Below are positions 22,536 to 32,981 of a stretch of DNA of 64,000 nucleotides, piece after piece. The translations under genes were made by a program, and so were the position numbers. The stretch is taken from the NCBI GenBank assembly GCA_964587175.1, contig CAZPKK010000001.1:7684-71683 (forward strand). Direction: 5' to 3'. This stretch comes from an uncultured Clostridium sp. (GTDB taxonomy: Bacteria > Bacillota > Clostridia > TANB77 > CAG-508). The notes under the pieces were generated by a model, which saw nothing but the letters and a program-made list of their open reading frames with translations, ran no database searches and was not told where the DNA came from. The number at the start of each line of letters is the position of its first letter. Position 1 is the first letter of the stretch.

Positions 22536-22694
22536 ATGAGTAATCAAAATAAAAATATGGATATGGCACAACTAATGACATTGCTTTCTAAAATGGATAA
22601 AAAGGATTTAGAACAAGGGATAAATAAAATAAGCAATTTATTAAAAAATAAAGATACAAATCAAATTATAAATGAAATAAAAAAAGAAAAATAG
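22536..22694 (+). CDS. Small hypothetical protein (52 aa), paralogous to the N-terminus of the next ORF
   Basis: ATG at 22536 preceded by GAGGTGAG; MSNQNKNMDMAQLMTLLSKMDKKDLEQGINKISNLLKNKD resembles MNENDMNNLMNQFSQMLKNKDIPSELKNIVNNLKNS of ORF 22758. Confidence 0.35.
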   Translation: MSNQNKNMDMAQLMTLLSKMDKKDLEQGINKISNLLKNKDTNQIINEIKKEK

Positions 22695-22757
22695 TATATT
22701 ACTTTTTTATTGTTCTTGGATATTATTAAAGTTTTGTAAGGGTATTAATTAGGAGGA

Positions 22758-23147
22758 ATGTCTATGAACGAAAACGATATGAATAATTTAATGAATCAAT
22801 TCAGCCAAATGTTAAAAAATAAAGATATCCCTAGTGAATTAAAAAACATTGTCAATAATTTAAAGAATTCTTCTGAAAGTAATAATGATAACAATATTAA
22901 TGATTCTTCCTGTGATAACAATACTTCTTTTGATATTGATATTGATACAATTTTAAAAATGAAGCAAATTATGGATTCAATGAATTCAAATAAGGATGAT
23001 CCAAGAACAAATTTATTACTTTCATTAAAACCATATTTGAAGGAAAGTAGGAAACAAAAAGTAGATCAGTACATAAAGCTTTTTGGTATGGGAAAAGCTT
23101 TTGAAACTCTTAGTTCCCTAGCTGGTGAGAATAAAAATGATGTATAG
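22758..23147 (+). CDS. Hypothetical Asn/Asp-rich protein
   Basis: ORF with RBS AGGAGGAATG; no recognisable domain. Confidence 0.45.
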   Translation: MSMNENDMNNLMNQFSQMLKNKDIPSELKNIVNNLKNSSESNNDNNINDSSCDNNTSFDIDIDTILKMKQIMDSMNSNKDDPRTNLLLSLKPYLKESRKQKVDQYIKLFGMGKAFETLSSLAGENKNDV

Positions 23148-23562
23148 TTTTCCTTTTTTTCCGCACTTTTATACTAGGCCATACTATCATTATCCACAAA
23201 GCAGTACAGGAAATGTTAATTATAGTAATGTAGCAGATAAAAATTTTAGTAATAATATAATTTCTAATAAAACTTCTCCAAATGATATTAATAATAAGAA
23301 GAATAATTTTTCAAAAAATTATCTTTATAATAAGATAATTCATAAAAACTTTTCAAAGGGTGCAAATTTCTCTGGTACACTCGAGAATACAAAGAGTCAA
23401 AATTCTGAATCTGTTAAAACTGAAGATGCCATATTTGAAATTTTTGGAATTAAACTACATTATGATGACATTTTATTGATTTGTTTGATCTTCTTTCTTT
23501 ATAAAGAGGGAGTAAAAGATGAATTTTTATTTTTAGTGTTGATTTTGTTGCTAATAAGTTAA
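23125..23562 (+). CDS. Hypothetical low-complexity protein
   Basis: ORF only; low-complexity Asn/Lys-rich sequence, C-terminal hydrophobic stretch. Start uncertain. Confidence 0.25.
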   Translation: MRIKMMYSFPFFPHFYTRPYYHYPQSSTGNVNYSNVADKNFSNNIISNKTSPNDINNKKNNFSKNYLYNKIIHKNFSKGANFSGTLENTKSQNSESVKTEDAIFEIFGIKLHYDDILLICLIFFLYKEGVKDEFLFLVLILLLIS

Positions 23563-23735
23563 GATTAAGCAAAGGTGGAACGATAAAACGAGGCTGCTGA
23601 AAAAGTAGCTAGACATTAGCTCTCAAAAAATCGTGAATTAGAAAAATCTTTTCCAATTCACGATTTATATATTTTTCTAATAAAAACATAAAATATATGG
23701 ATTATATTTATCCATTATTTAAATCTTTTTCTGTT

Positions 23736-24365
23736 TTACTCTAATATTAATTCATCTTTATCATTTATGTAAGCAGATGTTCTTACTTTATGAATATCTC
23801 CTTCTTCTTTTTCTATTTCTTTTACAATATCTGCTATTCTTATTTGAACCGCTTCTATGTCTACCGCTTCAATAATTGCATCTTTATTGCCTTTTGCACC
23901 AGCATGAGCTAACCCTCTTAGAATTCCAAGTACTACTATATTTTCTCCTGCAATTACTTCTGCTCCTGCATTAACATCTCCGATTATTACCAAACTTCCT
24001 TCAAATTCCAACCTTTGACCAGATCTTAACGAACCTTTGTGAAATTTTGTTTCTGAAGTTGCAACTTCTTTATAAAAGGTCTTCTTTATTCCATGTAATC
24101 CTAATACCTTAGGACTATCAAAGTCTATTTGCACATCTAGAAATCTTTTAATAATCGATTGTATCTCATCCATCTCTCTGTTTTTTAATATTTTCCCTGT
24201 GATTAATATTGGTGTTTTGTCATCTTTGTATAAATTCTTTAGCTCCAGAATTTTTTTCCTTAAAGCTGCCATAATCTCTTTTTGTTCTGCATTTTCCTCT
24301 ACTTTTATTACTACTTGATTTTTTTTCATATTAATGCTAATACAATTATTCATTTTAACCTCCAT
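23736..24365 (-). CDS. minC: Septum site-determining protein MinC
   Basis: C-terminal beta-helix dimerisation domain (LRSGQRLEFEGSLVIIGDVNAGAEVIAGENIVVLGILRGLAHAGAKGN). Position directly downstream of PBP2/mreBCD as in Clostridia. Confidence 0.8.
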   Translation of the reverse strand: MEVKMNNCISINMKKNQVVIKVEENAEQKEIMAALRKKILELKNLYKDDKTPILITGKILKNREMDEIQSIIKRFLDVQIDFDSPKVLGLHGIKKTFYKEVATSETKFHKGSLRSGQRLEFEGSLVIIGDVNAGAEVIAGENIVVLGILRGLAHAGAKGNKDAIIEAVDIEAVQIRIADIVKEIEKEEGDIHKVRTSAYINDKDELILE

Positions 24366-24405
24366 CCAGACTAATTTAGCTCTAGCAAAATTTTATTAAA
24401 TAGTT

Positions 24406-26481
24406 TTATCTAACACTTTCTATGCTTGACTCAGCTGTTTTATCTTCTGTTATTTCTTCTGAATTCACGCCAAAATATTCCTCTATTATTTGTTTTGCAG
24501 TATAAGCAGTATATCCTCCTGAGCCTCCTCCTTCGATAACTACAACCACTGCTATTTCTGGATTATCATATGGGGCAAATCCAGCAAACCATGCATGAAC
24601 TATGTTTTCATCTGACGTTTGAGCAGAACCTGTTTTTCCTGCTATCACAATATCTAAATCTGTAAAATATGAATAAGCAGTTCCCCCTGATTCGCTTGTA
24701 ACTCCTTTCATTCCTGCTCTTATAGCTTCTAGATATTCTTCTGGTATATCTAAATCTCCCTCAAGCTCATTTGTAGTTCCTAATTTTTCACTTACAAAAC
24801 TTTCAATTTCCTCTTCAGAAACTTCTGTACCATCAGGATTAATTATAGATTTTATTATACTTACATCAATGTTTTTTCCGCCATTTGCTATCATGCTTAT
24901 ATATTTTGCCATTTGTAATGGTGTAAATTCATTAAAGCTTTGCCCTATTGATGCAGATAATGTATCTGCCAAATACCAGGTATAATTTATACTTTCTGCA
25001 TATTCTGTGCTAGCAAGCGTTCCTGAAGATTCTCCTGTTAGTTCTATTCCTGTTCTTTTTCCAAGTCCATATTTAGAAGCATATTCTGCTATTGTATCTA
25101 TTCCCAAATCATATCCCATTTCATAAAAGAAATAGTTACATGAATATTTTAAAGCTTGACTAACATTTAAATATCCATGTCCCCTTCCATAACTTCTGTA
25201 ATACCAACATACTGGATTATAGCTATATGGATATACACCCGTATCATTTATTCTGGTAGTAGTAGTTATGGTTCCTGTAGCTAAAGCAGCTGTAGCTACT
25301 GCCATTTTAAATGTAGATCCTGGTGGGTATGAAGCACTTATTGCCCTATTTGTATATCTTCCACTATTATCTTCTGCATATTCTTCAGAAAATTTTTCTG
25401 GGTTATAATCTGGGTAGCTTGCCATGGCTAATACTTCTCCTGTATTAACATCTAAAACTACTACGGCTCCTGCAGTTGCATCATACTCATCCCCATAAAC
25501 TCCGTCTGCAATATCTTTAATATTTTGCTCTAATGCATCTTCTGCAACTTGTTGCAAATTCGCATCTATTGTTAATACAACATCTGAGCCTGCAACTGCT
25601 TCTTCTGAAATATATTCACTAGTAATTGCTCCATCTACTGTCATATCAACTTGTTTTATTCCATCTGTACCTTTTAGATATTCTTCTAAAACATATTGAA
25701 TTCCATCTTTTCCTATTATGTCATCACTATTATATGTATCTTTTCGTGTTTCGTATTCTGTTTCGCTTATAGCTCCAACATATCCTAAAACATGTGAGGC
25801 TAGATTTTCAGATGTATATGAGACTGTTGGTTCTATTGTAACATTCATTCCTGATAGCTTTGCATTTTGTTCTCTAATTTGTACTGCTGAGGTATCACTT
25901 ATATTGTCTGCTATTTTTACTGACCTTGTGCTACTATATCCATTCCTTGTAATTTCATATCTTACTGCCATAATTTTTCTTGCAATACTGTCATCTTCTT
26001 CTGAAATTTCGTATTTTTCTTTTAAATAATTAAATGCCTCTTCTGCTGTATAATTTTCGTCTATTCCATTATTTGTTTTCCAATTTTCTTGTTCCTCTTC
26101 TGTGGATTGGGTGAATTCAAATGGGTTAACGGTTATTGGTAAATTATCTATAAACTTGTCTTCATTTGCTTCTAGTATTTCTATAAATTTTTTTATGGAT
26201 TCATTTAAAGTTGCATCATCTACTTTTGTACTATATATTTCAACCCCATATTCTGTACCAGTAGTGACAAGTTCTACTCCTGTTCTGTCTTTTATTGAGC
26301 CTCTTGCAGCCTTCAGGGTAGTTTCTCTAGTAAGTCTTGAGTTGGACTCTTCTCTATATTCTGCTCCATGTATAATTTGTAGATTAAATAATTGTACAAT
26401 TAATATTATTCCTGTTATGTATACAATTGTAGTGAGCATATTATATCTAAGTCTTCCATCTCTATTTTTCTCTTTTCCCAA
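24406..26481 (-). CDS. mrdA: Penicillin-binding protein 2 (elongation-specific transpeptidase)
   Basis: N-terminal TM, dimerisation domain, transpeptidase motifs STFK (PPGSTFKMAVATAAL), SCN (KYSCNYFF), KTGS (AGKTGSAQ). Follows mreD. Confidence 0.85.
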   Translation of the reverse strand: MGKEKNRDGRLRYNMLTTIVYITGIILIVQLFNLQIIHGAEYREESNSRLTRETTLKAARGSIKDRTGVELVTTGTEYGVEIYSTKVDDATLNESIKKFIEILEANEDKFIDNLPITVNPFEFTQSTEEEQENWKTNNGIDENYTAEEAFNYLKEKYEISEEDDSIARKIMAVRYEITRNGYSSTRSVKIADNISDTSAVQIREQNAKLSGMNVTIEPTVSYTSENLASHVLGYVGAISETEYETRKDTYNSDDIIGKDGIQYVLEEYLKGTDGIKQVDMTVDGAITSEYISEEAVAGSDVVLTIDANLQQVAEDALEQNIKDIADGVYGDEYDATAGAVVVLDVNTGEVLAMASYPDYNPEKFSEEYAEDNSGRYTNRAISASYPPGSTFKMAVATAALATGTITTTTRINDTGVYPYSYNPVCWYYRSYGRGHGYLNVSQALKYSCNYFFYEMGYDLGIDTIAEYASKYGLGKRTGIELTGESSGTLASTEYAESINYTWYLADTLSASIGQSFNEFTPLQMAKYISMIANGGKNIDVSIIKSIINPDGTEVSEEEIESFVSEKLGTTNELEGDLDIPEEYLEAIRAGMKGVTSESGGTAYSYFTDLDIVIAGKTGSAQTSDENIVHAWFAGFAPYDNPEIAVVVVIEGGGSGGYTAYTAKQIIEEYFGVNSEEITEDKTAESSIESVR

Positions 26482-26544
26482 TTTTTCACCACCTTTTGTT
26501 TTTATATTATTAGCAATAGTTTTATGTACTTATTTTTTATAGCT

Positions 26545-27078
26545 TTAAAAATATCGTGTTAATATGTTTCTAGTTTTAAATATTTCTTCCAAAGTTTTTC
26601 CTGCTTTTTGTATTAATGTGTATAAGATAATAACAAGTATTAAGTTATATATTACTTCAATTAATAGAATTTTTGTAAAACTAAATATCTCTACATTCAT
26701 TTCTAAAGTAATCACATTAAATATGTAACATCCAACTTCATAGATTATTGTACTACCCGCCATCATTAGCATTATTGTTATTCTACTTTCTTTTGAAAAG
26801 TTTTTATCAAAATACTCTCCAATAAGTCCAACAAGTCCAAACATTATAGCAGATATTCCTATTTGCCTACCTATTACAACATCTATGTAGAATCCAAATA
26901 TTATTCCAAAGATTAATCCTAATTTTTTTCCTGCAAATAATCCTATAAAAAGTATATATATTACAAATAGATTTGGTTGTACTCCAGCTATAGTAAACCA
27001 TGTAAAGAAATTAGACTGTATGAAATATGTAATAAAAAAGGTTAGTATTAATAGTATTATTGCTATAGTTTTTTTCAT
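26545..27078 (-). CDS. mreD: Rod shape-determining protein MreD
   Basis: 177-aa polytopic membrane protein immediately downstream of mreC. Confidence 0.7.
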   Translation of the reverse strand: MKKTIAIILLILTFFITYFIQSNFFTWFTIAGVQPNLFVIYILFIGLFAGKKLGLIFGIIFGFYIDVVIGRQIGISAIMFGLVGLIGEYFDKNFSKESRITIMLMMAGSTIIYEVGCYIFNVITLEMNVEIFSFTKILLIEVIYNLILVIILYTLIQKAGKTLEEIFKTRNILTRYF

Positions 27079-27101
27079 ATCATGTCCCCATTCCTTTCAC
27101 C

Positions 27102-27917
27102 TTAATTTGTTATTACTAATACAGTGTTAAGTTTTGTAAAATCAACTGCAGCCTCAACAATAGCATACCTGTCTGTTATATTGCTTGTTTCTACAACTTC
27201 TTTTATTGTTCCTATATGTATTCCTTTAGGGTATATTCCTCCTATTCCTGAAGTTTCTACACTATCACCCTCTAAAACCACCGCATCAGTAGGTATAAAA
27301 GTGGCTTTCAATGTTGTTTTATCATCTAGTGTTCCCTGTACAATAATAGTATCATCTGTCGTACTTATTGTGCTTGTAACTGCTGTTGCTGTATCCACTA
27401 TAGTTTGCACTGTTGCTGTATTATTTGTTACTGAAATAATATGTCCTACTAATCCACTATCTGCAATAACTGTCATTTCCTCCTCAACACCATCATCAGA
27501 ACCTACATTTATAATTATCGTACTACTATAGTTGCTAATATCTCTATTTATTACATCTGCTGGGATTGTAGAATAATCAGAATATTTTTCTTCTAGATTA
27601 AGATATTCTTTTAATGTTTCATTTTCTGCTTTAATAATTTCTAATTCTCTTAGAGATTGTTCTAATTCACTATTTGCTTCTTTTAACTCTTCATTTTCTT
27701 GTTTTAAAGTGTCCAAGTCTGCAAAGAAACTATCATTTCCAGAGATTTTATTCTTCAGATAAGTAAATCCATTTTGTATAGGCATAACAAAAATATTGCA
27801 TATATTTTCTATATATGACATTTGATCAATACTACTATTAGTAAACACTACTAATAATATTAATATTATGATTGTTATTATAATTCCTATAATTCCATGT
27901 TTCTTCTTTTTATACAT
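27102..27917 (-). CDS. mreC: Rod shape-determining protein MreC
   Basis: N-terminal TM, coiled coil (LKQENEELKEANSELEQSLRELE), C-terminal beta domain (GLVGHIISV...GIGGIYPKGIHIGTI). Confidence 0.85.
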   Translation of the reverse strand: MYKKKKHGIIGIIITIIILILLVVFTNSSIDQMSYIENICNIFVMPIQNGFTYLKNKISGNDSFFADLDTLKQENEELKEANSELEQSLRELEIIKAENETLKEYLNLEEKYSDYSTIPADVINRDISNYSSTIIINVGSDDGVEEEMTVIADSGLVGHIISVTNNTATVQTIVDTATAVTSTISTTDDTIIVQGTLDDKTTLKATFIPTDAVVLEGDSVETSGIGGIYPKGIHIGTIKEVVETSNITDRYAIVEAAVDFTKLNTVLVITN

Positions 27918-27924
27918 ATCTGCC

Positions 27925-28956
27925 CTACTTTCTCTTTCTCGAATTGATTAATACTGTTTTTAATCTTTCTAAATCTTCTAGTGTTTTTCCTGCTCCTTTT
28001 ACCACACATTCAAGTGGATCTTCGGCCACATACACTGGCATCTCTGTTCTTTCTGATATTAATTTATCCAAATTTTTTATTAATGCTCCTCCTCCAGAAA
28101 GTACTATTCCTTTTTCCATTATATCAGATGATAATTCTGGTGGAGTTCTTTCTAAAGTTTGTTTAATTGTTTCTAGTATTTTATTTATCGATTCTTGTAT
28201 GGCTTCTTGAACCTGAGTAGATGTGATTTTTACTGTTTGAGGAAGCCCTGTAGTTAAATCTCTACCACTAATCTCCATACTCATTTCTGTAACTAATGGC
28301 ATTGCACAACCTATTTGTTTTTTCACATCCTCAGCTGTGGCTTCTCCTATCGCAAGATTCATTTCTTTTTTTACATAATTAACTATTTCTTCGTCTAATT
28401 CATCTCCCGCAATTCGTATAGAATTACTTACTACCACTCCTCCAAGTGAGATAACTGCGACTTCTGTTGTTCCTCCACCTATATCTACTATTATGTTTCC
28501 ACTTGGTTCTGCTATATCTAGGCTTGCACCTATTGCTGCTGCCATAGGTTCTTCCATTAAATATACTTCTCTAGCTCCAGCCTGCAAAATTGCTTCTTCT
28601 ACAGCTCTTTCTTCTACCTCTGTAATACCTGATGGCACACCAACCACAACTCTAGTTCTTCCTATATTATATCTTTTATTAATTTTATATATAATATTTT
28701 TTAGCATAAGCTGTGTAGCCGTAAAGTCTGCGATAACTCCATCTTTTAGTGGTCTAACTGCTTTTATTTGCTCAGGAGTTCTGCCAAGCATTTCTTTTGC
28801 CTCATTACCTACAGCTAAAATTTTTTGTGTTTTTCTATCTATTGCTACAACAGATGGTTCATTTAAAACTATCCCTTTTCCTTTTAGTGTAACAAGTATG
28901 TTTGCAGTTCCCAAATCTATTCCTATGTCTTTTGAACCCCATCCAAAAAAACTCAT
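27925..28956 (-). CDS. mreB: Rod shape-determining protein MreB (actin homologue)
   Basis: IGIDLGTANILV, DIGGGTTEVAVISLGG, VLSGGGALIKNLDKLI motifs. Confidence 0.95.
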   Translation of the reverse strand: MSFFGWGSKDIGIDLGTANILVTLKGKGIVLNEPSVVAIDRKTQKILAVGNEAKEMLGRTPEQIKAVRPLKDGVIADFTATQLMLKNIIYKINKRYNIGRTRVVVGVPSGITEVEERAVEEAILQAGAREVYLMEEPMAAAIGASLDIAEPSGNIIVDIGGGTTEVAVISLGGVVVSNSIRIAGDELDEEIVNYVKKEMNLAIGEATAEDVKKQIGCAMPLVTEMSMEISGRDLTTGLPQTVKITSTQVQEAIQESINKILETIKQTLERTPPELSSDIMEKGIVLSGGGALIKNLDKLISERTEMPVYVAEDPLECVVKGAGKTLEDLERLKTVLINSRKRK

Positions 28957-29018
28957 AAAAAAACCTCCATTTGAATATTATATTACTAATATTTTCAAAA
29001 TTTACCTTTAAAGAAATA

Positions 29019-29723
29019 TTAAGTTTTATTGTTTTTTAAATAAAAAATGCTACTAAAACCATATTCTCCTATTATGATATGGTCTAATAACTCTATCCCC
29101 ATAATTTTTGATGCTTGCACCAATCTATCAGTAAAATCATAATCTGATTTACTTGGTGTTGGATCACCACTTGGATGATTATGCACTAAAATTATCTTTG
29201 GTGCTCCTTGTTTTATTACTTCTTGTAAAACATCTTTTGGTTTTAATATTGCAGAATTGGTTCCCCCAAAACATACGTCTACAATTTTTATTATTCTGTT
29301 TTTAGAATTAAGTATTATAGCCTTTACTATTTCTCGTTTTTCGCACTTCATTTCTTCTGTTAGTAATTTTGCTACATCATTCGGTGAATTAATTTGTATT
29401 TGATTAGTATTTAAAGGTCTGGACATCCTTTTTGTAAGTTCGCATATAGCTATAAGTTGTAAAGCTTTTACTTTACCAATCCCTTTTATACTCATAAATT
29501 CTTTTATAGATATATTATGCAAAAATCTTAGGTTATTTTCTCTATTTTTATCCAATGATAATATTTTTTGTGCAATACTCACACTACTTTCTTCTTTAGT
29601 ACCTGTTTTTATTATAATCGCAATTAATTCTGCATTTGACAATGCCTTAGCACCATACATCTCTAATTTTTCGTACGGTCTTTCTGAAATAGGAAGCTCT
29701 TTCATCTTCATATTTGTAATCAT
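29019..29723 (-). CDS. radC: RadC-family JAB/MPN domain protein (UPF0758)
   Basis: N-terminal HhH (ELIAIIIKTGTKEES), C-terminal JAMM-like motif ILVHNHPSGDPTPSKSD. Classic position upstream of mreB. Confidence 0.85.
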   Translation of the reverse strand: MITNMKMKELPISERPYEKLEMYGAKALSNAELIAIIIKTGTKEESSVSIAQKILSLDKNRENNLRFLHNISIKEFMSIKGIGKVKALQLIAICELTKRMSRPLNTNQIQINSPNDVAKLLTEEMKCEKREIVKAIILNSKNRIIKIVDVCFGGTNSAILKPKDVLQEVIKQGAPKIILVHNHPSGDPTPSKSDYDFTDRLVQASKIMGIELLDHIIIGEYGFSSIFYLKNNKT

Positions 29724-29761
29724 TCCTTCCTGAATAATATTAGCCCCCTATATATTAACAA

Positions 29762-30019
29762 CTACACTTTCCTATATATGAATATTGCAAGAATCATTCC
29801 AATAATACTTGCTATGTTTATTTTAAACATTAGTCCAAAAGTTATTGTTATTACTTGTAAATTTAAAACAATTGGGTCAGATAGACCAAACTCTTGTCCA
29901 TATGATAGCCACCACAAAAAGTCCACATTTGAAGCTAACTCCCCAAGCAAACCTCCTACAACTATTCCACATAAAATAAATACAATTAATATCCATATAT
30001 TTTTTTCTCTTGTTGCCAT
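29762..30019 (-). CDS. Small membrane protein (DUF4321-like)
   Basis: 85 aa, two predicted TM helices; recollection of the DUF4321 family, not verifiable here. Confidence 0.45.
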   Translation of the reverse strand: MATREKNIWILIVFILCGIVVGGLLGELASNVDFLWWLSYGQEFGLSDPIVLNLQVITITFGLMFKINIASIIGMILAIFIYRKV

Positions 30020-30356
30020 TTATTATATCCTCCTCTTTTGCATATATTCATTTATACATTATTATCCTTAGATATTATATCTTGTATGGCATTTTTTTTC
30101 AAGATTTATAGGAAAGTTTTTCTATTTATTTTTAATAAATATTATGTTAAAATAAATTTATTAAAAACTATTCCTTTTTACATTTTTTTATGTTATATTT
30201 ATTGTTACCTTTTTTAGATAATTAAATATAATATTATATAAGATTCATTTTACAAATAAACTATAAGTTATGTGTAGTATAAATCAATATGATTTCATAT
30301 TAATTTTTTTAAAATTATACTTACAGAATATATATAACCCGATTGGAGGCTTTAAC

Positions 30357-30998
30357 GTGAAATTTGAAAAACTGGATGAGAATAAAATAAGGATTACAGT
30401 TTCAATACATGATTTAGAAGAAAAGGATATTGATTTCCATGATTTCATGTCCAATTCTTTAGAGTCACAAAATCTGTTTTTTGATATGCTTGAAGAAGCA
30501 GAAGAAAAAATAGGTTTTAAAACCAAAAATTGTAAAATAAAAGTAGAAGCATTTGCCATGACAGAGGATAATTTTATACTAACAATAACTAGAATCATGC
30601 CAGATTCTTTAAAAAAACATTTATATGTTTCGCCAAGAAAAAAAGTGAAAGCCAAACGAAAATCTGATAATCTTCACGTTGCTCATTTGATATATAAATT
30701 CAACTCTTTTGATGATTACTGTAATTTTGTTGAATTTTTGGTAAAAAATAATCTTCAAGATGCAAGTAAGATTGCAAAGGAAATTTCTCTTTACATATAT
30801 AACGCCTTTTACTATCTGGTTTTGCATAATATAAATACAGACTATAGAAATATAACCACATTTTTTACAGCTATTACAGAGTTTGGTTCTTATGTGATAA
30901 ACCCTGATTTGTTTTCGCACAAGTTGTATGAAGCAGGTACAATTTTTATGAAAAATAATGCTTTTAGAAAAAGTTTTTTACATTATACTAAAAAATAA
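30357..30998 (+). CDS. mecA: MecA-like adaptor protein (ClpC adaptor family)
   Basis: GTG start at 30357 preceded by GGAGGC. VKFEKLDENKIRITVSIHDLEEKDIDFHDFMSN...LFFDMLEEAEEKIGF matches the MecA N-terminal domain pattern. The six-frame ORF begins further upstream at 30270 without RBS. Confidence 0.6.
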   Translation: MKFEKLDENKIRITVSIHDLEEKDIDFHDFMSNSLESQNLFFDMLEEAEEKIGFKTKNCKIKVEAFAMTEDNFILTITRIMPDSLKKHLYVSPRKKVKAKRKSDNLHVAHLIYKFNSFDDYCNFVEFLVKNNLQDASKIAKEISLYIYNAFYYLVLHNINTDYRNITTFFTAITEFGSYVINPDLFSHKLYEAGTIFMKNNAFRKSFLHYTKK

Positions 30999-31078
30999 AA
31001 CAATAAAAAGGAGATAATTAAAAATCTATCTCCTTATTTTTTATTTAAAAACTATGTAGTAAATTTTTATATTTCTTA

Positions 31079-32083
31079 TTAGTATACATAATTTTGCGGA
31101 TTGTATGTTACACCATTTTTCCTTACCTCAAAATGAAGATGGTTTCCTGTTGAATTTCCTGTTGATCCCACTTTTGCAATTACCTCTCCTTGACTTACTG
31201 TTTGTCCTGCTGAAACTAATAATTGACTACAATGCGCATATACAGTAGAAACACCATTTCCATGTGATATTATTATATAATATCCATATCCATCATTTGC
31301 ATTTCCCGAATATGTAACAGTTCCTGAAGCTGCCGCCTTTATAGCTGTTCCATATGGTGCTGCTATATCAATTCCTGAATGTGAATGGCTTCTTACACTA
31401 TCATTGCTCCCATATCTTGATGTTATAATCCCTGATACTGGATTAATAAGACTTACGCCCAAAGTCACATATGAAGATGATGTCCCTGAACTATATGTTG
31501 GAGTTGATGATGAAGTGGTAGTTTTTGTTGTAGAGGTTTTCTTTTCATATAATTCTGCCACACATTCTTCCACATCTGTAAATTCTTTTAGTTCTTTTCC
31601 ATATTTTTCTACTATACCAATTTCATCTTGATTAGCACTTTCTTTTTCTTTTAGTTCACTTATTATTTCTTCTGCTTCTTCAAACGTTGAAACATAAAAT
31701 TTTTCTTCTTTTTCTTCTGTTATGGCATAATATTTATAATATGGTGTTCCATCTTCTACAACTTTTGCATATATTTCTTCATCATTTGTCTCAATATTTT
31801 TCTTTAATAAACATAGCTTATATGTGGGCATTGCATCAATCTGTATAAAAGCAATATTGTTTTCTTCATCTTCTGATGTATATTCATTAATTTTTTCTTG
31901 CAAACCACTTTTATCTGATGTATATCCTATTACCTCACCATTTAAACTAACTTCATAAGTTGGATTATAAAACAATACCACCAATCCTATTAGTATTATT
32001 GCTGATAAAAACATTAAAACTATTAATTTTATTGACTTTCTTGTAGTTATTGCTACTTTCTTTAGAATATTAATGTTAAACAC
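31079..32083 (-). CDS. Membrane-anchored M23/LytM family metallopeptidase
   Basis: N-terminal TM; C-terminal LytM domain with intact metal ligands (HSGIDIAAPYGTAIKAAASG ... GYYIIISHGNG ... STGNSTGNHLHFEV). Confidence 0.8.
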   Translation of the reverse strand: MFNINILKKVAITTRKSIKLIVLMFLSAIILIGLVVLFYNPTYEVSLNGEVIGYTSDKSGLQEKINEYTSEDEENNIAFIQIDAMPTYKLCLLKKNIETNDEEIYAKVVEDGTPYYKYYAITEEKEEKFYVSTFEEAEEIISELKEKESANQDEIGIVEKYGKELKEFTDVEECVAELYEKKTSTTKTTTSSSTPTYSSGTSSSYVTLGVSLINPVSGIITSRYGSNDSVRSHSHSGIDIAAPYGTAIKAAASGTVTYSGNANDGYGYYIIISHGNGVSTVYAHCSQLLVSAGQTVSQGEVIAKVGSTGNSTGNHLHFEVRKNGVTYNPQNYVY

Positions 32084-32310
32084 TCCTCTTCCAAATTTTT
32101 AGTATTAACATTTTATATTAAAAAAAAAGTTTAAACAATTATAGTGAAAGTTTAAAATCATAGAAAATTTTGGTTTTATTTGTTTTTTCTTTCATTTTCT
32201 CCTTCATACTTCATTTTTCATGGCAAAATAAGAAAAGTGATTTCGACTTTTGTAGGCGTTTTGCTTCGCAAATACGCACAGTCTAAGGAAACTTCGGCCT
32301 TATTATATAG

Positions 32311-32336
32311 GAAAAATTGGGGTTATTCCCCAATTT
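32311..32336 (-). terminator. Intrinsic terminator directly after the spore-coat gene stop
   Basis: AATTGGGG-ttatt-CCCCAATT, a perfect 8-bp GC-containing stem followed (on - strand) by TTTTC. Confidence 0.6.
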
Positions 32337-32603
32337 TTATTGCACACTAGTCTTTACTTCCTGTATTTCCGTAACAGTTGCAGGTTGTGCTGGTTTGTAA
32401 TATCCTTTTGCTTGTGCAGTTTTGAAAAGCTCATATTGAAAACTCTCATCACTATTTCTTATCTGTTGTAAAGTTTGTCTAAGTTGCATATTTTCTGTTT
32501 CAGATATTGCTGTTTGATATGAACCAAGACTTGCCTTTACTCCTTCTAAAATGTCATTTACCATTGTTTTTTCATCCATACGAATTTCCCTCCATATAAT
32601 CAA
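32337..32603 (-). CDS. Spore coat protein, CotF-like (Coat_F domain)
   Basis: 88 aa; VNDILEGVKASLGSYQTAISETEN...LRQTLQQIRNSDESFQYELFK resembles the Coat_F family. Confidence 0.55.
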   Translation of the reverse strand: MIIWREIRMDEKTMVNDILEGVKASLGSYQTAISETENMQLRQTLQQIRNSDESFQYELFKTAQAKGYYKPAQPATVTEIQEVKTSVQ

Positions 32604-32645
32604 AGTATTTAACTTAAAGCATATAAGTTCAAAATCATTTTTAGG

Positions 32646-32834
32646 TTAACTGTTTAAGAAAGCCATTAATTTCTGTTTAGTATTTAGACTATCTTGAGCA
32701 GCTTTCGTAAACATCTGCTTTATTTGTGGGTCCACAACTTGTGATGCATATGCATTTAATTTTTGATAAGATGTCTCATGAGAACCAATAAAATGTCTTA
32801 AATTTTGTAACTCTACTTGACTTAAATTAGCCAT
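32646..32834 (-). CDS. Small CotF-like spore coat protein (start placed at MANLSQ)
   Basis: ATG at 32834 preceded by AAAGGAA; ELQNLRHFIGSHETSYQKLNAYASQVVDPQIKQMF resembles Coat_F. The longer ORF to 32939 lacks an RBS. Confidence 0.45.
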   Translation of the reverse strand: MANLSQVELQNLRHFIGSHETSYQKLNAYASQVVDPQIKQMFTKAAQDSLNTKQKLMAFLNS

Positions 32835-32981
32835 TAAAATCATTCCTTTCATCAATTTTCTATTTCTATTATGCTCTAATTTTGAAATTTTATACAATTT
32901 TTTAATATCTGTTACACTTACAAGAAAAGCAGACTCCAAAACGACATATTTATCGTTTTGGAGTCTGCTTATAATAAAGCC

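Noticed and set aside
31079-32083. M23 peptidase as SpoIIQ
   Set aside because: Catalytic HxxxD / HxH residues are intact and there is no sporulation-specific genomic context beyond neighbouring CotF-like genes, which is insufficient to assign SpoIIQ.
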